This document shows, in pieces, positions 8,576 to 16,391 of a stretch of 16,391 bases of DNA. Source of the DNA: Candidatus Ratteibacteria bacterium (GTDB taxonomy: Bacteria > Ratteibacteria > UBA8468 > B48-G9 > JAFGKM01); assembly GCA_046296715.1 (NCBI GenBank), contig JBKBIN010000031.1, forward strand, positions 1 to 16,391, written 5' to 3'. The translations under genes were made by a program, and so were the position numbers. The notes beneath the pieces are model-generated. The model saw nothing but the letters and a program-made list of their open reading frames with translations, did no database searches and was not told the origin of the DNA. Within the stretch, counting starts at the first letter, position 1. The number at the start of each line of letters is the position of its first letter.

Positions 8576-9769
8576 ATGGAAAAAGTGATTATTTTTGGAG
8601 CAGGGCAGATTGGAAGAGGTTTTATTGGTGAATTATGTTTTGATTCAGGTTTATTCATTTTTTTTGTTGATATTGATGAAAACATTATAAATTTACTAAA
8701 TAGAAAAAAAGCATATCCAATATACTTACTTGGTAAAGAAAAAATTGAAAAAATAATAAGTAATTTTGAAGGTCTACATCTAAAAAAAGATAAAGACAGA
8801 ATTATTAATAAAATTGCCAAAACCAAAATCATTTTTACTTCTGTTGGAGCAAAAAATTTATTTACACTTTCGGAAATAATATCACAAGGAATAAAAGAAA
8901 AATTTAGGGAAAATAACGAAAGTTATTTAAATATAATTATTTGTGAAAATTTGCTTTCTGCTGCTGAAAAATTCAAAAATGATGTTTTAAGGAAAGGCAA
9001 TTTTTCCGATGATGAAAAGAATTTTTTTCAAAAAAAAGTAGGGTTTGTTGAAACAGTTATAAGTAGGATGACATCACCTTTAACAGAAGAAGAAAAGAAA
9101 GAAAATCCTCTTCTTGTTAAAGTAGAGCCATATAAAATATTACCTGTTGATAAAAATGGTTTTAAAGGTAAAATTCCTAAAATTTTTGGTTTATTACCTG
9201 TTGAAAATCTAAAAAAATATGAAGAACTTAAGTTATTTGGACATAATCTTTCACATGCATGTGTTGCTTATTATGGTTTTTTGAAGGGTTATAAATATAT
9301 ATGGGAATCAATGGAAGATAATGAAATTATAAATCTTCTTTTAAATGTTCAAAATGAAGTCAAAAAATATCTGAAAAAAAAATATAATTTTGAAGAAAGC
9401 GAACTTAATGAATATTTTACAGACCTAAATGAGAGATTCAAAAATAAATTGCTTTGTGACACTGTTTTTAGAGTTGGTAGAGAACCATTAAGAAAGATTG
9501 GCAGAGAAGAAAGGATTGTAGGTGCTATAAAAGGATGTCTTGAATTTGGCATATTTCCAGAAAGTATATGTTTTGTATTGGCAATGGCTTTATGTTATAA
9601 TTATATGTTAGATGAAGAAAGTGTGAAATTACAGAATATTATAAAAGAAAAGGGAATTGATTTTGTACTCAATGAAATTTGTGAGATTAATAATGTAAAA
9701 ATTATTGAAACTTTGAAAAAATATTATGAGGAAATTAAAGATGAAAGCAGCAATTTTAAAAGACATTGA
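8576..9769 (+). CDS. mtlD: Mannitol-1-phosphate 5-dehydrogenase-like (long-chain polyol dehydrogenase family), divergent
   Basis: GAGQIGRGFIG, ICEN, VEPY, KLFGHNLSHA..AY.G and RVGREPLRKI motifs; start placed at ATG 8576 (MEKVIIFG). The substrate is not certain. Confidence 0.8.
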   Translation: MEKVIIFGAGQIGRGFIGELCFDSGLFIFFVDIDENIINLLNRKKAYPIYLLGKEKIEKIISNFEGLHLKKDKDRIINKIAKTKIIFTSVGAKNLFTLSEIISQGIKEKFRENNESYLNIIICENLLSAAEKFKNDVLRKGNFSDDEKNFFQKKVGFVETVISRMTSPLTEEEKKENPLLVKVEPYKILPVDKNGFKGKIPKIFGLLPVENLKKYEELKLFGHNLSHACVAYYGFLKGYKYIWESMEDNEIINLLLNVQNEVKKYLKKKYNFEESELNEYFTDLNERFKNKLLCDTVFRVGREPLRKIGREERIVGAIKGCLEFGIFPESICFVLAMALCYNYMLDEESVKLQNIIKEKGIDFVLNEICEINNVKIIETLKKYYEEIKDESSNFKRH

Positions 9770-10775
9770 AAAACTTGAGGTGGAAGAAATTGATATTCCA
9801 GAGCCAAAAGATAATGAAATTCTTATAAAAGTTAAAAGTTGTGCTATATGTGGCACAGATATAAAAGTTTTCCATTATGGACATAAGCATATTATTTTTC
9901 CAAGAATTACAGGCCATGAAGTAAGTGGAATTGTTGAAAAAGTTGGAAAAAATGTAGTTGGATTTAAAGAAGGAGACAAAGTTGCTGTTGCTCCTGCAAT
10001 TCCATGTGGAAAATGCTATTACTGTAGAAAAGGTCAGCAAACTATGTGTGATAATTTAAAAGCGATTGGATATCATTATGATGGTGGATTTGCTGATTAT
10101 ATGATTGTTCCGGAAAATGCTGTCTTAAATGGATGTGTAAACAAAATACCCGATAATCTTTCTTTTGAAATTGCGTGTCTTGCAGAACCGCTTGCTTGTG
10201 TTATAAATGGTCAAATATTAAGTAAAATTGAAATAGGAGATATTGTTTTAATCATTGGAGCAGGACCAATCGGAATCTTACATGCATTTTTAGCAAAAAT
10301 TAATGGAGCAGGAAAAATAATACTTGCTGATATTTCTGAAAGTAGAATAAAAGAAGCAGAATTTGTTGGTTGCGATTTGATTGATATGAGTAAAAAAGAT
10401 ATTTATCAGGAGATTAAAGAAATTACAGATGGACATATGGCTGATAAAGTTATTGTTGCTGCTGGAAGTGACAAAGCACAGGAAATTTCTCTAAAACTTG
10501 TTGCTAAAAGAGGCTCAATTAACTTTTTTGGAGGATTACCAAAAGAAAAACCATATATTCAATTTGACAGTAATTTACTTCATTATGGTGAATTTTTTGT
10601 TGTTGGGACTCATGGTTCTACTCCTTTACATAATAAAATAGCTATTGAACTTTTATCATCAGGAAGAATAAATGTAGAAAAATTGATAACTCATAAATTT
10701 CCACTTGAAAAGATAATAGAAGGATATCAAATAGTTGAAAATAAAAAGGGATTAAAAGTTTTAATATTACCATAA
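9741..10775 (+). CDS. Zn-dependent medium-chain dehydrogenase, L-iditol/sorbitol 2-dehydrogenase-like
   Basis: CGTD and GHE catalytic Zn ligands, structural-Zn CxxCxxCx7C, EPLAC, GAGPIG, FFGGLPK; start placed at ATG 9741 (MKAAILK) after GAGG; overlaps the upstream gene. Confidence 0.88.
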   Translation: MKAAILKDIEKLEVEEIDIPEPKDNEILIKVKSCAICGTDIKVFHYGHKHIIFPRITGHEVSGIVEKVGKNVVGFKEGDKVAVAPAIPCGKCYYCRKGQQTMCDNLKAIGYHYDGGFADYMIVPENAVLNGCVNKIPDNLSFEIACLAEPLACVINGQILSKIEIGDIVLIIGAGPIGILHAFLAKINGAGKIILADISESRIKEAEFVGCDLIDMSKKDIYQEIKEITDGHMADKVIVAAGSDKAQEISLKLVAKRGSINFFGGLPKEKPYIQFDSNLLHYGEFFVVGTHGSTPLHNKIAIELLSSGRINVEKLITHKFPLEKIIEGYQIVENKKGLKVLILP

Positions 10776-10829
10776 AAGGAGAAAGATATGGAAATTACAA
10801 AAAAAGGAGAAAGATATGGAAATTACAAA
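10774..10829 (+). repeat. Perfect 28-bp tandem duplication covering the RBS and first codons of E1alpha
   Basis: aaaaggagaaagatatggaaattacaaa occurs at 10774-10801 and 10802-10829. Confidence 0.97.
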
Positions 10830-11775
10830 GGAACTTGCAATCAAACTTTTAAAACAGATGATGGAAATAAGACAGTTTGAAGATATGATAATGGAATTGC
10901 TTGCTAAAAATATTGCTGAAGGAGGTTCGCATCTTTACGCTGGAATGGAAGCAGTTGCAGTTGGAGCAATTTCTGTGATAAATCCAGATGATTATATAAC
11001 AAGTACACATAGAGGACATGGTCATGCAATTGCAAAAGACGGAGATTTAAAAGCACTTATGGCTGAAATTCTTGGAAAAAAAACAGGTGTCTGTAAAGGA
11101 AAAGGTGGTTCTCTTCATCTTGCTGACCTTTCAAAAGGGAATCTTGGAGCAAATGGAATAGTTGCAGGTGGCATTGGTATAGCAACTGGAGCAGGCCTTT
11201 CAATTAAGTTACAAAAACAAAACAAGGTTGTCTTATGTTTTTTTGGTGATGGAGCAACAAACAACGGAATATTTTTTGAATGTTTAAATATGGCATCTTT
11301 ATGGAAATTACCTGTTATTTATATCTGCGAAAATAATAAATATGCAATGAGCGTTTCAGTTGAAAGATCTCATGCTGTAAAAGATTTAACAAAAAAAGCA
11401 CTTGCATTTGATATGCCTGCTGAAAATGTTGATGGTCAGGATGTTCTTGCTGTTAGAGAGGTTGTCAGTAAATGGGTTAACTATGCAAGAGAAGGAAATG
11501 GTCCAAGTTTTATTGTTGCAAATACTTATAGATATTATGGACATAGTAGAAGTGATCCAAGAGTTTATAGAACAAGGGAAGAAGAAAAATTTTGGAAAGA
11601 GAGAGACCCAATTGTAATTTTCTCGAATAAAATGAAAGAATTAGGAATATTAACAGAAGAAGAAATAAATCAAATTGAAGAAGAAGTGAAAAAAGAAATA
11701 GAAGAAGCAGTAGATTTTGCAATAAAAAGCCCATATCCAGAACCTGAAGAGCTTTATACTGATTTATATGTTTAA
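10816..11775 (+). CDS. TPP-dependent dehydrogenase E1 alpha subunit (acetoin/pyruvate dehydrogenase family)
   Basis: HLYAGMEAVAVG, STHRGHGH, GKGGSLH, GANGIV, TPP motif GDGA...ENN, TYRYYGHS.SD. Confidence 0.93.
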   Translation: MEITKELAIKLLKQMMEIRQFEDMIMELLAKNIAEGGSHLYAGMEAVAVGAISVINPDDYITSTHRGHGHAIAKDGDLKALMAEILGKKTGVCKGKGGSLHLADLSKGNLGANGIVAGGIGIATGAGLSIKLQKQNKVVLCFFGDGATNNGIFFECLNMASLWKLPVIYICENNKYAMSVSVERSHAVKDLTKKALAFDMPAENVDGQDVLAVREVVSKWVNYAREGNGPSFIVANTYRYYGHSRSDPRVYRTREEEKFWKERDPIVIFSNKMKELGILTEEEINQIEEEVKKEIEEAVDFAIKSPYPEPEELYTDLYV

Positions 11776-11788
11776 GAAAGGAGTAAAA

Positions 11789-12763
11789 ATGAGGACTATT
11801 ACATATAGACAAGCATTGAATGAAGCACTTGATGAAGAAATGGCAAGAGATCCAAGAGTTTTTTTGTTTGGAGAAGATATTGCTATTTATGGAGGTGCTT
11901 ATGGTGTTACAGCAGGACTATGGCAAAAATATGGAGATTCAAGGGTTATAGATACACCAATTTCAGAAAATGCAATTGTTGGAACTGCTCTTGGTGCTGC
12001 TTTAACTGGATTAAGACCTGTTGCAGAAATTATGTATATTGATTTTATAGGACTATGTATGGACCAGTTAAATAATCAAGTTGCAAAGATAAGATATATG
12101 TTTGGTGGAAAGTGTACAGTTCCACTTGTAATTAGAACAGAAGGTGGCGCTGGAAGAACTCTTGGAGCACATCATTCTCAAAGTTTAGAAGCATGGCTTA
12201 TTCATATTCCTGGAATTAAGGTTGTTATGCCTTCAACTCCTTACGATGCAAAAGGTTTATTAAAATCAGCAATAAGGGATGATAATCCCATTGTTTTTAT
12301 AGAACATAAAATGCTTTATAATACAAAAGGACAAGTACCAGAAGAAGAATATCTCATCCCAATAGGAGTTGCTGATGTTAAAAAAGAGGGGAAAGATGTG
12401 ACAATAGTAACATATTCAAGAATGGTTCTATTTTCTTTAGAAGCAGCACAAAGACTTGAACAGGAGGGTATAAGTGTTGAAGTTGTTGATTTAAGAACAC
12501 TTCTTCCAATGGATATAGAAACAGTTGTAAAGTCAGTCAAAAAAACAAATAGAGTTGTAATAGTTGAAGAAGATTGTAAAACTGGAGGCACTGGAGCAGA
12601 AATTGGTATGCAGATAATTGAAAATGCTTTTGATTATCTTGACGCTCCTATTGTAAGAGTTGCAGGTGCAGACGTCCCAATGCCTAAAAGCCCGGTTCTT
12701 GAGAAACTTGCAATTCCAGATATAGATAGAATTTGTAAAGCAGTAAAAGAGGTGTTAGAATAA
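11789..12763 (+). CDS. TPP-dependent dehydrogenase E1 beta subunit
   Basis: GEDI, DTPISE, RPVAEIMYIDF, HSQSLE, DAKGLL, EHK, VDLRTL.P, LDAPI motifs; start at ATG 11789 after AAGGAG. Confidence 0.94.
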   Translation: MRTITYRQALNEALDEEMARDPRVFLFGEDIAIYGGAYGVTAGLWQKYGDSRVIDTPISENAIVGTALGAALTGLRPVAEIMYIDFIGLCMDQLNNQVAKIRYMFGGKCTVPLVIRTEGGAGRTLGAHHSQSLEAWLIHIPGIKVVMPSTPYDAKGLLKSAIRDDNPIVFIEHKMLYNTKGQVPEEEYLIPIGVADVKKEGKDVTIVTYSRMVLFSLEAAQRLEQEGISVEVVDLRTLLPMDIETVVKSVKKTNRVVIVEEDCKTGGTGAEIGMQIIENAFDYLDAPIVRVAGADVPMPKSPVLEKLAIPDIDRICKAVKEVLE

Positions 12764-12776
12764 AAAGGGGTTTAAA

Positions 12777-13943
12777 ATGAAAAAAGAAATAATTATGCCA
12801 AAACTTGGTGAAACAATGGAAGAAGGATATCTCATAAGTTGGAAGAAGAAAGAAGGAGATAAAGTTGAAAAGGGTGAAGTTTTGTTTGAAGTTATGAGTG
12901 ATAAAACAAATTTTGAAGTTGAAAGCCCCTATACAGGTTATTTAAGAAAAATCCTTTTTCAGCCAAGCGACCAGCCAATACCTGTTACGACTGTTATTGG
13001 ATATATTACTGATACCTTAGATGAACCATTAGAAATTGAAGAAAAAAAAGTAGAAACAAAAGAGGAAATTGAGAAAGAAAGAATAAAAATAAGTCCAATA
13101 GCAAAGAAATTAGCAGAAGAATATGGTATTGATATAACAAAGATTAAAGGTAGTGGACCTGAGGGAAGAATAGAAAAAAAGGATATATTGGATTATATTG
13201 AAAAAACAAAAAAAGAAATTAAAGAGGAAAAAATTGAAAAGATAGAAGAAGCAAAAGAAGAATATCAAGTTATTCAATGGTCGCCTTTAAGAAAAATAAT
13301 AGCAAAGAGATTATCTGAAAGTAAACAAAATATACCCCATTTTTATTTCCAAGGCAAAGTAATAGTTGATAATCTTTTAAAAATTAAAGAATTAAAAGAG
13401 AAAGATGGAGAAAAATATACTATAACTGACTTTTTAATTTTTTTCCTTTCAAGAGTTATTGAAGATTTCCCCTTAATAGGAGCAAGTTTAGTAAATGACG
13501 AAATAAGGGTCTATAAAAATATTGACATAGGACTTGCAATAAGTATTGATGATGGACTTGTTGTTGGTTCAATAAAGGATGCTAATACCAAAACAATAAA
13601 AGAGATTTCAGAAGAAAGAAAAGAACTTGTAAAAAGAGCAAGGGAAGGTAAGTTAAAAGAAGATGATACAAGAGGAACAAATTTCGTAATATCAAATCTT
13701 GGAATGTATGAAATTGAAAACTTTTATCCAATTATCAATCCACCTGGTGTTGCAATAATGGGTGTTGGGAAAATTGAAAAAGGTATCTTTGTTGAAAATG
13801 ACAAAGTTGTTATTAAAAATTATATGTATATTTCCTTCTCTTTTGATCACAGAATAATAGATGGTGTTTATGCAGCAAATTTTTATAAAAAAGTAAAGGA
13901 AATTATTGAAAACCCATCAATTTTGCTTTTTAAAAATGTTTAA
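12777..13943 (+). CDS. Dihydrolipoamide acyltransferase E2 (single lipoyl domain)
   Basis: MPKLG, lipoyl-lysine motif SDKT, peripheral-subunit-binding SPIAKKLA...GSGPEGRI, catalytic ISNLG and DHRIIDG. Confidence 0.94.
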   Translation: MKKEIIMPKLGETMEEGYLISWKKKEGDKVEKGEVLFEVMSDKTNFEVESPYTGYLRKILFQPSDQPIPVTTVIGYITDTLDEPLEIEEKKVETKEEIEKERIKISPIAKKLAEEYGIDITKIKGSGPEGRIEKKDILDYIEKTKKEIKEEKIEKIEEAKEEYQVIQWSPLRKIIAKRLSESKQNIPHFYFQGKVIVDNLLKIKELKEKDGEKYTITDFLIFFLSRVIEDFPLIGASLVNDEIRVYKNIDIGLAISIDDGLVVGSIKDANTKTIKEISEERKELVKRAREGKLKEDDTRGTNFVISNLGMYEIENFYPIINPPGVAIMGVGKIEKGIFVENDKVVIKNYMYISFSFDHRIIDGVYAANFYKKVKEIIENPSILLFKNV

Positions 13944-14649
13944 AAGAATAAAAGAAGATATAAAAGTTGCTTTTGAGAGAGATCCTGCAGCAAGGACGAC
14001 TTTTGAAGTTATTACAAGTTATCCAGGTTTACATGCAATATGGCTTCACAGAATTGCTCATTTTTTCTGGAAAAGAGGAGAAAAAACACTTGCAAGAATT
14101 ATTTCTCATATAAACAGATTCTTGACAGGAATTGAAATCCATCCTGGTGCAAAAATTGGGAATAGAGTTTTTATTGACCATGGTATGGGAGTTGTTATTG
14201 GAGAAACAGCAGAGATAGGGAATGATGTATTAATTTATCAAGGAGTTGTTCTTGGAGGAACATCTTTAAAAAAAGAAAAAAGGCATCCAACAATAGGAAA
14301 TAATGTTGTTATTGGAGCAGGAGCAATTTTACTTGGACCTATAAAAGTTGGAGATGGCGCTAAAATAGGCGCTGGAAGTGTTGTAATTAAAGATGTTCCT
14401 GAAGGAACTACTGTTGTTGGGATTCCAGCAAGAGTTGTAGAAAAAAGAGAAAAAAAGATAGACCTTGATCATGATAAACTACCTGACCCAATATTAAAAC
14501 TTTTCCAGTTGATCCTTGAAGAACAGGAAGAATTAAGAAAAAGGATAAAAGAACTTGAAAATCTTGAAGGTTTAAAATCAAAAATAGACGAATATTTTGA
14601 AGAAAAGAAAAAAGAAATAATAGAAATTTTAGAAGGAGGTGGTAAGTGA
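13936..14649 (+). CDS. cysE: Serine O-acetyltransferase
   Basis: [44 protein letters not shown], hexapeptide repeats, LPDP C-terminal motif; start placed at ATG 13936, overlapping the E2 end. Confidence 0.94.
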   Translation: MFKRIKEDIKVAFERDPAARTTFEVITSYPGLHAIWLHRIAHFFWKRGEKTLARIISHINRFLTGIEIHPGAKIGNRVFIDHGMGVVIGETAEIGNDVLIYQGVVLGGTSLKKEKRHPTIGNNVVIGAGAILLGPIKVGDGAKIGAGSVVIKDVPEGTTVVGIPARVVEKREKKIDLDHDKLPDPILKLFQLILEEQEELRKRIKELENLEGLKSKIDEYFEEKKKEIIEILEGGGK

Positions 14650-15749
14650 TTACAAAAAATTTCATAATTTTTGTTGCGCTATTATCTTTAAATCTATATA
14701 GTAATATTTACACAGTTTATCATACTGTTAAAAAAGGTGAAAATCTCTCTTTAATTGCAAAAAAATATGGAAAGACACCTGAAGAACTAAAGAAATTAAA
14801 CAATTTAAAAAATACAACTATCTATCCTGGACAAAAAATTATAATTGAGAAAAAAGAAAAACAATATTCACTTGAAAAAAATAAAACAAATTATGAAACA
14901 AAAACAAATCTTGTTGCACAATCTTATACTGTGCAGAAGGGAGATAACCTATATAAAATATCAAAAAAATTTGGTATTTCAGTTGCACAATTAAAGAAGA
15001 TGAATAATCTTAAATCTTCTACAATCCACCCTGGACAAAAAATTATAATTGGTTATAAAAATATTGAAAGCGAAAAATCTGTTAAAAAAGAGATTAATCC
15101 AGATGAAATACAATCAATAGTTGATGTTTCTAAAAAAATATATTACAAGGTTTTAGAAGGAGATACGATTGAATCCATAGGTGAAAAATTTGGCATTGAA
15201 CCAGATAAACTTTTACAAGCAAACCTTCTTAAAAGAGAAGATTTGAAAGCAGGTCAGATAATTGTTATTCCTCCAAAAGATATTCTTGACCAAGATATTA
15301 GAAAAGAAACAGTTATTGAAAATAAATCCAATGTTAGAATAAAATTAATTGAGGAAGTTTTTAATTATCTTGGTAGTAGATATGTTTATGGAGGTGAAAG
15401 CAAATTTGGACTTGATTGTTCTGGTTTAACACGACTTGTTTATAAAACAGTAGGGATTTTATTACCACAAAATTCTTCTCTTCAATATAAAAATGGAATT
15501 GAAATAAAGAAAGAAGAGGCACTACCAGGTGATTTGGTTTTCTTTAAAAGAGGAAATCAGGTCGGACATGTTGGAATATATCTTGGGAACGATCTTTTTG
15601 TTCATGCAAGTTATACATTAAAAAGAGTAGTTATAAGTTCATTAAGTGAAAGGTATTTCAAAGAAAGATTTGTTGGATTTAGGAGATATTTAATAGATGA
15701 TGATAATACATATTTTGCAGAAGGGATTGGAAATGTTAAACAGGAATAG
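14646..15749 (+). CDS. Secreted peptidoglycan endopeptidase, 3x LysM plus NlpC/P60 (C40)
   Basis: Hydrophobic N-terminus; LysM repeats [27 protein letters not shown]; catalytic DCSG, HVGIY, HAS; GTG start with GGAGG SD and GTGA overlap with cysE. Confidence 0.93.
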   Translation: MITKNFIIFVALLSLNLYSNIYTVYHTVKKGENLSLIAKKYGKTPEELKKLNNLKNTTIYPGQKIIIEKKEKQYSLEKNKTNYETKTNLVAQSYTVQKGDNLYKISKKFGISVAQLKKMNNLKSSTIHPGQKIIIGYKNIESEKSVKKEINPDEIQSIVDVSKKIYYKVLEGDTIESIGEKFGIEPDKLLQANLLKREDLKAGQIIVIPPKDILDQDIRKETVIENKSNVRIKLIEEVFNYLGSRYVYGGESKFGLDCSGLTRLVYKTVGILLPQNSSLQYKNGIEIKKEEALPGDLVFFKRGNQVGHVGIYLGNDLFVHASYTLKRVVISSLSERYFKERFVGFRRYLIDDDNTYFAEGIGNVKQE

Positions 15750-16391
15750 TGGTTGTAGATTTATAGAGTTTGAATGGAAAGGGTATAGAACAATTTATCT
15801 TGAAAATGAGATTATTAGAATAGAAATTCTTGTAGATAAAGGAACAGATATTGTTGAATTTCTTTATAAGGAAAAAGATATAGATTTTATGTGGAGAAGT
15901 CCAATTCCTTTATATCGTTCTTCAAAACTAATTCAAACAGCACCTTCAAAAATTGGTAGTTTTATTGATTATTACCCAGGCGGTTGGCAGGAAATTTTTC
16001 CAAATGGAGGGCCAATTTGTGAATATAAAGATGCAATTTTAGGTCTTCATGGAGAAGTTGCTTTATTACCTTGGGAATACAAAATACTGGAAGATTGTGA
16101 AGAAAAAATTTCAATAAAATTTTATGTTTATACGTATAGGACTCCTTTTTATCTTGAAAAAACAATAACGATTGAAACTGGAAAACCATATATAGAAATT
16201 GATGAAGAAGTTTTTAATCTTGCTGCTGAAGAAATGGATTTCATCTGGGGACATCATCCAACTTTTGGAAAACCATTTTTATCAGACAGTTGTGTGATTA
16301 ATATTAAAAAAGCAAAAGTTAAGGTTATCTCTGGAGATGGTAAATCATATACAAATTTAAAACAAACTGAAGGAATTTGGCCATTTGTTGA
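15733..16391 (+). CDS. Aldose 1-epimerase/galactose-mutarotase-like protein (DUF4432-like), truncated by the right edge; not in the ORF track
   Basis: Open frame from ATG 15733 to the end: [40 protein letters not shown]...YPGGWQEIFPN...GLHGE..LLPW...WGHHPTFG; HG and H-P motifs of the mutarotase-like fold. Confidence 0.82.
   Translation, partial: MLNRNSGCRFIEFEWKGYRTIYLENEIIRIEILVDKGTDIVEFLYKEKDIDFMWRSPIPLYRSSKLIQTAPSKIGSFIDYYPGGWQEIFPNGGPICEYKDAILGLHGEVALLPWEYKILEDCEEKISIKFYVYTYRTPFYLEKTITIETGKPYIEIDEEVFNLAAEEMDFIWGHHPTFGKPFLSDSCVINIKKAKVKVISGDGKSYTNLKQTEGIWPFV

Noticed and set aside
8563..10040. Four minus-strand ORFs of 67-94 aa
   Set aside because: Antisense to two well-supported dehydrogenases; their hydrophobicity reflects the A-rich sense strand.
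10774..10829. 28-bp repeat as a CRISPR remnant or target-site duplication
   Set aside because: The copies are adjacent with no spacer or inserted element, and no cas or transposase gene is present.
11402..12591. Alternative-frame and antisense ORFs (71, 100 and 91 aa)
   Set aside because: Lie within E1alpha/E1beta; no independent support.
14826..15051. 22-bp direct repeat cctggacaaaaaattataattg (14826-14847 and 15030-15051)
   Set aside because: Explained by duplication of LysM domains 1 and 2 (PGQKIII).
14408..16189. Minus-strand ORFs 14408-14665 and 15962-16189
   Set aside because: Antisense to cysE and to the mutarotase-like gene on the plus strand.

Overview
AT-rich bacterial chromosomal window (roughly 25-30% GC by eye; the large YidC periplasmic domain suggests a diderm). 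Left half, mostly minus strand, in transcription order: tRNA-Ala(CGC), surE, rpmH-rnpA-yidD-yidC, a DUF6785-like polytopic membrane protein, a URO-D-family protein, an orphan 2-oxoacid oxidoreductase gamma subunit, and rtcB, with a small Cys8/acidic-tail protein divergent from rtcB. Right half, plus strand: an MtlD-like dehydrogenase, a Zn-dependent polyol dehydrogenase, a TPP-dependent E1alpha/E1beta/E2 set with no E3, cysE, a 3xLysM-NlpC/P60 hydrolase, and a truncated aldose-1-epimerase-like gene. rpmH, the tRNA and the last gene are missing from the supplied ORF track. No mobile element or CRISPR array was seen. Best leads: (1) two polyol dehydrogenases coupled to an acetoin-dehydrogenase-like complex, possibly an undescribed ketose-cleavage pathway; (2) a perfect 28-bp duplication of the E1alpha RBS and start codon; (3) a GC-rich structured element abutting the rtcB stop codon; (4) the Cys8/acidic protein; (5) the DUF6785-like/URO-D/gamma module behind an apparently leaderless promoter. 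All functional calls come from motif recognition only; no searches were run.
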